DNA of 64,000 bases from Candidatus Omnitrophota bacterium (GTDB lineage Bacteria; Omnitrophota; Gorgyraeia; Gygaellales; Profunditerraquicolaceae): assembly GCA_041650835.1 (NCBI GenBank), contig JBAZKL010000002.1, forward strand, positions 410,435 through 474,434, read 5' to 3'. Position numbers and translations under genes: made by a program. The notes beneath the pieces are model-generated. The model searched no databases. It saw only the letters and a program-made list of their open reading frames with translations, and had not been told where the DNA came from. This document shows positions 47,461 through 55,961 of the stretch, piece after piece; within the stretch, counting starts at the first letter, position 1; the number at the start of each line of letters is the position of its first letter.

Positions 47461-47570
47461 TTAGATTCCCGCATAAACAGTAAGTAAGAGAGGCGGGAAT
47501 GACTAAGTGTTTCTGATTTCTCCTGCCTGACGAAAGTCAGGCTTCGTCGCTTCGCTCCTCGCTATGACAC
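47461..47570. repeat. cluster of intergenic repeats: TTAGATTCCCGC...GCGGGAATGACTAAG hairpin element, a CTGCCTGACGAAAGTCAGGC hairpin, and a TTCGTCGCTTCGCTCCTCGCTATGACAC element
   Basis: Positions 47461..47505 are the reverse-complement counterpart of 532..598. The final segment belongs to the same family as 38222..38262. Confidence 0.75.
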
Positions 47571-47575
47571 ATAAA

Positions 47576-48364
47576 CTACAGGTATCGATAAATATATTCG
47601 GGGATATGGTATTGCACATTGGTCAAGACAAACCCTAAGATATTGACGCGCGCTTGACGTAATATGTCTTCACCATGCTTAATGATTCCTCGCTGAGTAC
47701 GATTAGCTTGAATCACCATTACAACTCCATCAGTTTGAGCCCCAATTAATCCTGCATCAGTTACCGGAATGATCGGAGGTGAATCAAAGATTACGTAATC
47801 AAACTTTTCTTTAAGTGTAGTTATTAAATTCTTGAATTTCATAGAGTTAAGAAGTTCTGCCGGATTATGAGGCACTTTCCCTGCAGGTAAAAACATTAAA
47901 TTATCAATCCCGATTTTAACGACAGCCTCATCAACATTAATTCCATTGCTGATCACTTCAGATAAGCCGGCTTCAGACTTAATACCTATATATTTGCTTG
48001 ATTTACCACGACGCAGATCTGCATCAACTAAAAGGATGCGTTTTTTGTTCAAATCGTGAGCCATTGAGACCGCAAGATTAATTGAAGTAACGCTTTTCCC
48101 TTCGCTATGGATTGAACTCGTAATAGTAATTGCCTTAATAGGTTTTTCTGAATTAATCGCCTGTATATTAGTCCTTAAAGTACGATACTGCTCCGCGACA
48201 GTTGAATGAAGATCGTAAAATGTGACAATACGCGGATCATATTTCGCGTCAACGGTCTTTTGAGCGACAAATTGATACGTGATCTCTGATTTTTCATCCA
48301 GTTTATCTATGCGGGATAGCCGTTCTTCAGCGGCTTTTTTTAATGCGTCGGTGATCTTACCCAT
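47576..48364 (-). CDS. BY-kinase (tyrosine autokinase) catalytic domain protein, CpsD/EpsG-like
   Basis: It has a P-loop ATPase motif (SSIHSEGKSVTSINLA) and a Walker B motif (ILLVDADLR). The C-terminal Tyr cluster is HIPEYIYRYL. The protein is 262 aa and lacks a transmembrane activator domain. Confidence 0.8.
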   Translation of the reverse strand: MGKITDALKKAAEERLSRIDKLDEKSEITYQFVAQKTVDAKYDPRIVTFYDLHSTVAEQYRTLRTNIQAINSEKPIKAITITSSIHSEGKSVTSINLAVSMAHDLNKKRILLVDADLRRGKSSKYIGIKSEAGLSEVISNGINVDEAVVKIGIDNLMFLPAGKVPHNPAELLNSMKFKNLITTLKEKFDYVIFDSPPIIPVTDAGLIGAQTDGVVMVIQANRTQRGIIKHGEDILRQARVNILGFVLTNVQYHIPEYIYRYL

Positions 48365-48397
48365 ATTTTCTCCTTAAAACTTGATTTCGTTTACAAA

Positions 48398-49408
48398 TTA
48401 AAGCGTTTTTGCCTGCTTTGTTGCATCAGGATTTTGCAAACACGCTAAATAATTATAGCAACTGTTACAACAAAATTGTTCTTCTCCTTTAGTTCCCCGC
48501 TCCCATTTGAGGCCGCAATCATTATAATGCAGGCAGCGAGTACAGCAATGGATCTTCCGAACGGCAAGAAGGGATATACCGCTCAGACCATTTTGCTCTT
48601 CCATTAATTCCCTATCTTTTATGACTTCTAAAACCATTCCTTCATTAATCGTCTTTGTATCAGCAATATATCCTGAAAGTAACGCGCTATCGCAAATGAG
48701 ATTTATGACCCGGGGAACGCCTCGAGAATGACGAAAAATCAGATCAATCGCTTGCGGCTGGAATATTTCAGCGTGTCCGTTTGAGCTCACCAGCGAAAGC
48801 CTATGCAGAATATAAGCAGTTGTTTCATCTTGAGTTAAAGGAGAGATATGGTAGTGCAAAGCAATACGCTGCCTAAATTGTTCGAGTGTCTTATGCCCTA
48901 GCTTCTTTTTCAACTCCGGTTGGCCGATAAGTATTATTTGTAAAAGTTTATCGGTTTCGGTCTCAAGATTTGAAAGCATCCTTACTTCTTCCAAAACATT
49001 ATGGCTTAAGTTCTGCGCTTCATCTATCATAAGAACAACGTTAATATTTTGAGAAAGTTGTTTGATCAAATAATCATTTAATTGAGACAACATCTTTTGT
49101 TTGCTTCCTGAGATACGAGCGATCTCAAATTCCTCCAGAATCTGAGAAATCAGCTCCTTCGCGCTCATATGGGTATTGGTGATCAACGCCACTTTAGTCC
49201 CGGCATCAAGCTTCTTTAATACTGCCCTGGTTACCGTGGTTTTGCCCGCGCCTATCTCGCCTGTAATAACCACAAACCCTTTTCTTTCCTCAATAGCATA
49301 GATCAAGCTATTCAATGCTTCTGTATGCTTAGAACTGGGGAAGAAAAATTTCGGATTCGGTGTTACATTAAACGGCTTATCTTTAAAACAAAAGAATTTT
49401 TCGTACAT
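48398..49408 (-). CDS. ExeA/MshM-like AAA ATPase with Cys-rich C-terminal tail
   Basis: Walker A is VVITGEIGAGKTT and Walker B is MIDEAQNL. The Cys-rich C-terminal tail reads CCTRCLHYNDCGLKW...CCNSCYNYLAC. The protein is 336 aa. Confidence 0.8.
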   Translation of the reverse strand: MYEKFFCFKDKPFNVTPNPKFFFPSSKHTEALNSLIYAIEERKGFVVITGEIGAGKTTVTRAVLKKLDAGTKVALITNTHMSAKELISQILEEFEIARISGSKQKMLSQLNDYLIKQLSQNINVVLMIDEAQNLSHNVLEEVRMLSNLETETDKLLQIILIGQPELKKKLGHKTLEQFRQRIALHYHISPLTQDETTAYILHRLSLVSSNGHAEIFQPQAIDLIFRHSRGVPRVINLICDSALLSGYIADTKTINEGMVLEVIKDRELMEEQNGLSGISLLAVRKIHCCTRCLHYNDCGLKWERGTKGEEQFCCNSCYNYLACLQNPDATKQAKTL

Positions 49409-49410
49409 AG

Positions 49411-50706
49411 TTATTGTTTAAGCAGCGAATAAAGCATTGAGATCACCATCACAAATATACCACCTGCTAACCCGGTAATTATAAATAAGCGTTTTCTATG
49501 CTTCTCATTATCAATTTCTTCACGTGTTGTTATACGAGAAATAGCCCCTAAAATAGGAAATTTTAGATGACGTTTAGCATCCTCAATATCAAGGAATGAT
49601 TGGTCCATAAACTCTCGCGTAAATACTAATCCTACTCCAGCAGCTCCTCCAAGAAAAAAACCAATCACTACAAAGAGCACCTTAGGCATCTTCGGCTGTA
49701 AAGGAAGCCGAGGAGGATCAATGATGGTATAGCGGGTGCCTTGTTTGGAAGCTTCAAGCCGCTGAGTGATCTTAGCCGTTTCTAACCTCTGAAGCAGCAT
49801 ATTGTAGATCTGCTCATTGACCCTGATATCTTGAGCCTTTGCTGAATCTAATTTATCCATTAAGAATAACTTATATATTGTTCCATTGACATCGCTTGTA
49901 CTATTATCAACAGCCATAGGAGCAGCAGCGCTATCTGTATTAAGCTTTTCTAGTTCGACCTGAAGCGTTTCACGCATTGCTTTTGTGATTGGCTTCTCAG
50001 AATCAGCGATCTTATATTCTCCGGACTCAAGCGCTTTCTTAGCCTGGTCAACCTTATGTTTTAATTCTTTGACTAACGGATGCTCTTCCGTGGAATTAAT
50101 AGTCAATACCCTTAACTGTTCCTCCAAATCAGCGATCTCTGATTCTTTAACCTTTCTTTTATAAACCTGGAGCTGCTCTTTAAGAAAGTTGATCGCTACA
50201 TCAGTTTCTTTAGTTTGGGAACGCATGCTTTCTTCAACAAACAGATCAGTCAATGTCTTAACCACTTTAAAAGCAGTTTGGGGATCTTTATCTCCATACG
50301 ATATCCTGATGATACTTTGCGCATTCAAATCTACCCTGATCTTCCTTGCCAGCGTTTTAATAAAATTTTCAAACTGAGATTGGCTTTCTACATTTTTTGC
50401 TAATTCCAGTTTTTTAACTAAATCTGTCAGATTATTCCAGCCAAGCAATCTTTCCCGTATCGTCTGCAGCCTTTGAGAAAAACTGGCGGAAACCGCTAAA
50501 TCCTGTATCAAAGGATTAATAGTCCTTTGTTCTTCGACTAAGATCGCGGTTGATGACTCATAGGTTGCCGGTAGAACAAAATATGCAACCACCCCTAAAA
50601 CCAATCCTATATACAGAGGCGTTAAAATAAACCATTTTCTGCGGAAAAAAAGCTTCAGGTATGCTATAGGATTGTTATATTTTTGTAACGGACTTTCATT
50701 TTCCAT
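49411..50706 (-). CDS. polysaccharide co-polymerase / chain-length determinant (Wzz/GumC/EpsF-like)
   Basis: An N-terminal TM helix (WFILTPLYIGLVLGVVAYFVL) is followed by a long coiled-coil periplasmic region and a C-terminal TM helix (LFIITGLAGGIFVMVISML). It lies 3 nt upstream of the ATPase gene. Confidence 0.75.
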   Translation of the reverse strand: MENESPLQKYNNPIAYLKLFFRRKWFILTPLYIGLVLGVVAYFVLPATYESSTAILVEEQRTINPLIQDLAVSASFSQRLQTIRERLLGWNNLTDLVKKLELAKNVESQSQFENFIKTLARKIRVDLNAQSIIRISYGDKDPQTAFKVVKTLTDLFVEESMRSQTKETDVAINFLKEQLQVYKRKVKESEIADLEEQLRVLTINSTEEHPLVKELKHKVDQAKKALESGEYKIADSEKPITKAMRETLQVELEKLNTDSAAAPMAVDNSTSDVNGTIYKLFLMDKLDSAKAQDIRVNEQIYNMLLQRLETAKITQRLEASKQGTRYTIIDPPRLPLQPKMPKVLFVVIGFFLGGAAGVGLVFTREFMDQSFLDIEDAKRHLKFPILGAISRITTREEIDNEKHRKRLFIITGLAGGIFVMVISMLYSLLKQ

Positions 50707-50723
50707 ATTAGTTTCCTCTAATT

Positions 50724-51617
50724 TTATTGTGTCGGCCTTGTAGGAGTTCTTATAGCTGTAACTGCTCCCGTCCCGGTAGTTGCCGCGGCTGCGCCGCTTG
50801 CTGCCGCTGTTAAAGGTTCGGTAACCGGATTAATGATCCGGGTAACTTTTGCCATTATAGTTGAAGGAACATATAGCACATCCCCGGGATGCATATCGAT
50901 ATTCTGTTTAAGATTCCCTCCATAAAGTAGGGAATATAAATTAACGTATTTAGTTTTGGGGTTGCCTTTCTTATCTGGAGTGATCAAACGGCATTTCCGC
51001 GTAGCGGATGCTATCGTAGGAAGCCCTGCTTCAACAATCGCTTCCCGTACAGGAATAGTTTCAGAACGCATATAATATTTACCCGGCCGGCCCACTTCTC
51101 CTAATACGTAGTAAACTTTACTACGGTATTCTAAGATAGTGACGTTAACTTCAGGATTGACCGCATAAGTTGATATCAATTGTTTTATTTTAGCCTCTAG
51201 TTCCTTTTTTGTCAGGCCTGTTACCACAATATCTCCAACATAATTATACTGAACCTTTCCCTCTAAATTAACAGGGAAAACTCCGCTGAATTCTGAATGA
51301 CGCTGAATGGTTATCTCAATAATATCATCAGGGCCCAGGGTATAGACCACTTCTTCATTGACCTTAACGGCTTTAGCCTCTGGAGCGGGCTGAACAAGTT
51401 GCTCTTGAGCCTGGGCTTCGGTCTTTACTTGATTCTGCGCCTGATCTACCACTGGAGTCACTTGAGCAGGTTCCTGAACCGTAGACTGAGTAACTACTAC
51501 GGTTTCTTGCTGTGTTTTAGTTATAGTTTCTTGAGCGTTCACCCAGGAAACACAAAAAAAACATATAATAAAAGCTAAACTTAAGCTAAATTTCTTTACC
51601 ATTTCCATCCTCCTCAA
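50724..51617 (-). CDS. polysaccharide export outer-membrane protein (Wza-like; Poly_export + SLBB domains)
   Basis: It has a signal peptide and a Poly_export-like region (YTLGPDDIIEITI...). An SLBB-like segment is present (PGDVLYVPS). The start is ambiguous among M1, M4 and M6. The gene overlaps the 51586..51786 gene by a few codons. Confidence 0.8.
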   Translation of the reverse strand: MRRMEMVKKFSLSLAFIICFFCVSWVNAQETITKTQQETVVVTQSTVQEPAQVTPVVDQAQNQVKTEAQAQEQLVQPAPEAKAVKVNEEVVYTLGPDDIIEITIQRHSEFSGVFPVNLEGKVQYNYVGDIVVTGLTKKELEAKIKQLISTYAVNPEVNVTILEYRSKVYYVLGEVGRPGKYYMRSETIPVREAIVEAGLPTIASATRKCRLITPDKKGNPKTKYVNLYSLLYGGNLKQNIDMHPGDVLYVPSTIMAKVTRIINPVTEPLTAAASGAAAATTGTGAVTAIRTPTRPTQ

Positions 51618-51786
51618 AAAAGATTATAGTTTCTTTAAAGTCTTTAAGCTTTCTGAAATCCTGCTTATCGTAAATCCTCCAGCCTCGCCAATCACGCTTA
51701 GGCTGTTGGACTTTACCGGATTTCTCCCAGCGCACGATCGTTTTAGGAGTTACTCCGATCCGATCTGCAACATCCGTTATGGTCAT
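51586..51786 (-). CDS. small MerR/excisionase-family HTH DNA-binding protein
   Basis: The sequence MTITDVADRIGVTPKTIVRWEKSGKV matches the excisionase/MerR-type HTH signature. The ATG is at 51786. The tabulated ORF starts at a GTG at 51801. Confidence 0.55.
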   Translation of the reverse strand: MTITDVADRIGVTPKTIVRWEKSGKVQQPKRDWRGWRIYDKQDFRKLKDFKETIIFFEEDGNGKEI

Positions 51787-52247
51787 TTTGCTGTTTGCCA
51801 CCGCATCCCCCTTGTAGTATTATATAACTTAACTGTCCTACTATGTCCTGGTATGTCTAGGTCTGTCTGATAAGTACATATATATAATATATAAGCACTA
51901 TCCATGCCAAGTCAAGCATTTAATTAAACAATTAACAATAACGACTGTAACCTATTTAAGATAAAATACTTATGGATGTTCTGCGATTTCGATAAATTTG
52001 CAGAAAACGGAGGTAAAACAGGGATGTTGCAGAAATGAAACTTTCAACTTTAGATCAGATTTTGTTATTGCTACGGAATGCCTACCTTAAGTTACTGCAG
52101 AACAAGGCGTTATAATGCGTGTTGCTTTATGTAAACAGATGTTGATTAACATTAGAGAAAAGGTGACAATCACAACACCCTTGCGCAAAAGTCGTGAAAG
52201 TCACCTTTCTCCGAAAACCGCTAACTGAATTTACTTAAGCTCCGATG

Positions 52248-52568
52248 CTATTGTTGAGGCGGCTGCTGCCCCTGAGGAGGCATATTCATTCTCTGCTGAG
52301 GGAAATCCATCCTCATGCGATTCTTCTGAAAATTACTCATCATCATAGCATTCTTACTCGGGCACATTTTAGACATGAGGAACAGGTTATTCACAATTAG
52401 AAAGAAGCTCAAAATAATAACAAAAACGCCGATAGCGACCCCTATCTGCTTCATAGTCTTCTCTTCCTGATTCGCGAAATAACACACAATATAACCTAAT
52501 GCTAACGCTACCAATAAAACCGCCTCATTCGCCAGGCTCATTTCAAAACTAGGCATGCCACCCATCAT
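52248..52568 (-). CDS. small membrane protein with Met/Gln/Pro-rich C-terminal tail
   Basis: Two predicted TM helices are followed by MMMSNFQKNRMRMDFPQQRMNMPPQGQQPPQQ. I recognise no family. Confidence 0.4.
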   Translation of the reverse strand: MMGGMPSFEMSLANEAVLLVALALGYIVCYFANQEEKTMKQIGVAIGVFVIILSFFLIVNNLFLMSKMCPSKNAMMMSNFQKNRMRMDFPQQRMNMPPQGQQPPQQ

Positions 52569-52602
52569 ATGTCCTCCTTATAGATTATAACCTGATTATT
52601 TT

Positions 52603-52785
52603 TTATCTGATACAATCACTCCTCCAGCAGCAAGACATTTGCTCGCAATAACTTCTCATACTTGCGAAACAATCGAAATTCCCTTCTTTTCGCTGTATCA
52701 TCCTTATCAACTCTTTTTTGGGATATTTCCATGGATCCCGCATGCCTAACCCTTTTGCTTTTTTCTGGACCTCAGAAAGACGCAT
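52603..52785 (-). CDS. small protein with Rho_N/SAP-like N-terminus and Cys-rich C-terminus
   Basis: The segment LSEVQKKAKGLGM...KKELIRMIQ resembles the Rho termination factor N-terminal helix-hairpin. The C-terminal CFASMRSYCEQMSCCWRSDC carries 6 Cys. The ORF is only 60 codons, so it is speculative. Confidence 0.3.
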   Translation of the reverse strand: MRLSEVQKKAKGLGMRDPWKYPKKELIRMIQRKEGNFDCFASMRSYCEQMSCCWRSDCIR

Positions 52786-52844
52786 CGCACACCTCCCTTT
52801 ACCTATATATGTAATGACCTTGTATCCTTAAAAAGATTGCTTCA

Positions 52845-52870
52845 CCCCTTCGGGGTTCGCAATGACACAA
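52845..52870. repeat. CCCCTTCGGGG hairpin + TTCGCAATGACAC repeat fragment
   Basis: It belongs to the same family as 2740..2777, read directly in the sequence. Confidence 0.55.
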
Positions 52871-52921
52871 TAGATTCTTCGTAAGAGCCTACACTCTAGC
52901 CCAGAATGGCACGTGCTAACC

Positions 52922-53635
52922 CTAAATATAGAAAGCTCTTCTTAAATCATCCCTGCGGCGTTCCGCAGCCAGGACAAATTCACTGATCTTAGCCTGATCA
53001 TAAAGCGCAAAGCTGTTATTAAGCGAAAACGACGCCAATTGTATCCCTTTACTGACCTTACCATCCTGAGAAGCAGTTTCCATGATCGCAAACGTTGCCA
53101 ATTCCAAGCTATGGCTTAACGAAATTTCTTTTGTATATAACGTATTCAATAAATAAGTTGCCAATGGAGTGATCCCTATGGCCATAAATCCCAGCAAAGT
53201 CCAGCGGTGCGGCGCGAAATTACGCTCGCTATGCAACGTAAATATTTCCGGAGAATCGATAAAACGAGCGTTCCCGATATCTTTCCTATATCCGGTCAGA
53301 ATAATATGCAGGGTCGGACGGTCTTCGAAAGCCACCTGGTCGAACCATTCATTATATTTCTTTATCGCGCAATCCCGGCAGATAATAAGCAATTCATCGA
53401 CGCTCAAGAGGCGGTAATTCGCAAGTTGATGCAATTCATAATAAATAACATCGATGATACTTGCCCCGAGCCCCCCGTCTCCGGCGATCGCCAATCCGCA
53501 AAAATCGCCGAGCTCGAATACTTTTTTGACCGTATCATTAACCGTCGTCGGCCCGCGCGGGTCGCCGCTGGTGACTCTGCTGTCAGAGGCGATCGCAATC
53601 CCGTTTTTCGTGATAATACCAATAGCTAGGGTCAT
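52922..53635 (-). CDS. proteasome-type (Ntn-hydrolase) peptidase homologue, HslV/Anbu-like
   Basis: The N-terminal M-TLAIGIITKNGIAIASDSRVTSG, followed by ...GLAIAGDGGLGASII, follows the proteasome beta-subunit pattern T-x-x-G-I-x-x-x-G-V-x-x-A-D-x-R...AG-x-x-AD. The protein is 237 aa and has no propeptide. Confidence 0.5.
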   Translation of the reverse strand: MTLAIGIITKNGIAIASDSRVTSGDPRGPTTVNDTVKKVFELGDFCGLAIAGDGGLGASIIDVIYYELHQLANYRLLSVDELLIICRDCAIKKYNEWFDQVAFEDRPTLHIILTGYRKDIGNARFIDSPEIFTLHSERNFAPHRWTLLGFMAIGITPLATYLLNTLYTKEISLSHSLELATFAIMETASQDGKVSKGIQLASFSLNNSFALYDQAKISEFVLAAERRRDDLRRAFYI

Positions 53636-54040
53636 TTATACTTTGTAAACTTTGTCTTTGGTCCTAACCCGGGAATCGACTAATAGCCCTATTTCATCGC
53701 CCTTTTTAGCCTGTTGAATTGGCACCCGGTCGATCTGCAGGGAACTTATTTTCTGTTTAAAATCAGTTGTATAGCCCTTGATCCGTATCGTATCCCCTAC
53801 AGCAACAGCAGTCTTTAATTTTATCACCGCGGCCCTTACTTGCGAGAAATAATGCGTGATTTCCCCTAAAAGAAGCTCTTTCCCCTTGGATTTCCGGGAT
53901 GATCGATTGGCTTCGCGAGAGGGTTTCTTCTTTGCAAGGGGCTTTTTTATAACAGTTTTTCTGGAAACGGCCTTTTTAAGCGGCTTTTTCTTAACGATCT
54001 TTTTCGCTGAAGCTGATTTCGTTTTCTTTTTCAAAACCAT
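53636..54040 (-). CDS. small protein with histone-H1-like Lys-rich N-terminal tail and C-terminal beta-barrel-like domain
   Basis: The first roughly 55 residues are about 45% Lys/Arg (KKKTKSASAKKIVKKKPLKKAVSRK...). The C-terminal ~75 residues resemble an EF-Tu domain-2-like barrel (GDTIRIKG...GDEIGLLV). The gene abuts the proteasome-like gene, stop to start. Confidence 0.5.
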   Translation of the reverse strand: MVLKKKTKSASAKKIVKKKPLKKAVSRKTVIKKPLAKKKPSREANRSSRKSKGKELLLGEITHYFSQVRAAVIKLKTAVAVGDTIRIKGYTTDFKQKISSLQIDRVPIQQAKKGDEIGLLVDSRVRTKDKVYKV

Positions 54041-54156
54041 GTTCCCTCCTCATCTCTATCGAAAACCAAACAATCGCGAATGCAAAAGAATGACGATATT
54101 CCCGCTACGCCATACTTTAACCTGCTCGGTTAATACGTAAGATAATAAAGGAGATA

Positions 54157-55233
54157 CTAAACTTCAACTAGGGAATCCATCTGGCCGTATGGATTCAATG
54201 CTTTTGTAGGATTACTGGGGTCTTCAGTCCAGACACCGTCAACGACAAAACGATAACGGTAACTCCCCGGACCGACGTTTAGTTTCCTCGTCCACATGCC
54301 GTCCTTTTTCTCCATACTGCTTTGTTTATCGAGTTTCCAATCGTTAAACTCACCCACCAGGAACACCTCTTTTGCCGCAGGGGCATAAATAGAGAAAGTC
54401 AATTGGTTTAATTTCGGGATCTCTTCTTTTAAGATCTCCACCAATTTATCATGAAGAACAGGCATAACATTAGAGAATTTTTCATTCAAAATGACCTCAC
54501 GGGACAAGCTGAAATAATCCTTAGTCCCGCGGGAATATTTATCGTACGCCAGGACATGTTTACCGGCGTTCTGGGCTTCTTTAAGCTTTACATTAACATG
54601 CACGATCGTGTTGAATAACCGGTCCTTGAACGCGGCCTTGATCTTATCCAGCATGGTAAATGAATGACGAAGCCTTGAATCAAAATTAGTCAATAAAACC
54701 CACCAGGAAACCGTGTGGCTGAGCCGGTCGCGCACGAGATCCATGATCTCAACTAACTGATTTAACCCTTCCAGGGAAAACCTGCTCGCCTCAACAGGTA
54801 TGATGATCTCATCCGTCGCGCGGATCGCATTGATGGTCAAAAGGCCTAAGTTAGGCGGGCAATCGATGATAACATAGTCATAACTATGTTTAAATTCATT
54901 AAGCTTCTCCCAAAGACGCGATTCACGGCCAATTTCACCGGCTAATTCCTGTTCAAGCGTGCTTAAAACTATTCTTGACGGAGCGATATCGAAATTATCG
55001 TCAACCTTCTGGACAATATCACTGAATTTCGCCTTCTTAGGCGTTAATTTTGAAAGGACATTATAAATACTGAGATCGGCTTTTATATTTAAACCTAATG
55101 TCGCATGCGCCTGGGGATCCAAATCTACCAGCAATACTTTACGCTTATTTACCGCCAGCGATGCAGCCAGGTTCACTGCCGTCGTTGTCTTGCCGCAACC
55201 ACCTTTTTGATTCGTGATTGAGATGATGCGCAT
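54157..55233 (-). CDS. ParA/MinD-family ATPase fused to C-terminal CBM48 / AMPK-beta glycogen-binding domain
   Basis: The deviant Walker A motif is ITNQKGGCGKTTTAVNLA and Walker B is YVIIDCPP. The C-terminal 80 aa match the AMPK1_CBM/CBM48 consensus: FSIYAPAAKEVFLVGEFNDWK...MWTRKLNVGPGSYRYRFVVDGVWTEDPSNP. Confidence 0.85.
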   Translation of the reverse strand: MRIISITNQKGGCGKTTTAVNLAASLAVNKRKVLLVDLDPQAHATLGLNIKADLSIYNVLSKLTPKKAKFSDIVQKVDDNFDIAPSRIVLSTLEQELAGEIGRESRLWEKLNEFKHSYDYVIIDCPPNLGLLTINAIRATDEIIIPVEASRFSLEGLNQLVEIMDLVRDRLSHTVSWWVLLTNFDSRLRHSFTMLDKIKAAFKDRLFNTIVHVNVKLKEAQNAGKHVLAYDKYSRGTKDYFSLSREVILNEKFSNVMPVLHDKLVEILKEEIPKLNQLTFSIYAPAAKEVFLVGEFNDWKLDKQSSMEKKDGMWTRKLNVGPGSYRYRFVVDGVWTEDPSNPTKALNPYGQMDSLVEV

Positions 55234-55293
55234 ACCTCATCCTCCTTTTTCTCAACAGATTATTAACCTACTTCTCCCCGAGCAACAAGTGGA

Positions 55294-55950
55294 TCAACGC
55301 AATAACCGGACATTATCTAAATAGACAGCCCCGTCTTTATTAAGGACGTTCCATTCTTCTATGATAAAAGACACACTGGTCATTTCCGTCCAGTCGGTTA
55401 TATTCTTAAAATCATCGAGGTTAATCTTAAAGGCCTGCCATTTATTGCTTAAGTCTTTGATATATACTTCCGATCTTTCATTGAAGGAATTAACAAACTC
55501 AACGCGCAGCGCCAGAGAATCCATATAGTTTGATTTCTTGCCGGAGAATTCCAGGACTTTATAAAAAACAAGGTTCTGCTTATTCAGATTAATGCTAAAA
55601 AGTTGTTTTTGGGAAGGATTAAAATTAAAGCCTATCTTAATGACTTCCGGGTGCAGGACGTGAGAAACGTGTGAGGTAACCGGGATATTTTTCCCTCTGG
55701 TGAGGGCGAATGAAACCAGGAACAAGAACACAACCAGGACTACGCCGATACCGATGAAAACGATATGCTTTGACTCTCTGGGTTTTTCTTTTATATTCTG
55801 TTCCCGCCGCAGAGGAGTATCTAAATATATTTTCGCAAGGTGTTCATAAATATCTTTTTTTTCCATTTCATCTTTTTTATAACATAAAACCGAATCCATG
55901 TCAACAGGTTTAAACATTTTTAACTTGCGAATGCGTTTACGCGCGGGCAT
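55294..55950 (-). CDS. single-pass membrane protein with C-terminal beta-sandwich (carbohydrate-binding-module-like) domain
   Basis: It has a Lys-rich N-terminus, a TM helix (IVFIGIGVVLVVFLFLVSFAL), and a C-terminal ~130-aa domain ending EEWNVLNKDGAVYLDNVRL, which is reminiscent of CBM/CIA30-like folds. Confidence 0.5.
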   Translation of the reverse strand: MPARKRIRKLKMFKPVDMDSVLCYKKDEMEKKDIYEHLAKIYLDTPLRREQNIKEKPRESKHIVFIGIGVVLVVFLFLVSFALTRGKNIPVTSHVSHVLHPEVIKIGFNFNPSQKQLFSINLNKQNLVFYKVLEFSGKKSNYMDSLALRVEFVNSFNERSEVYIKDLSNKWQAFKINLDDFKNITDWTEMTSVSFIIEEWNVLNKDGAVYLDNVRLLR

Positions 55951-55961
55951 TTTTAAGCTCT

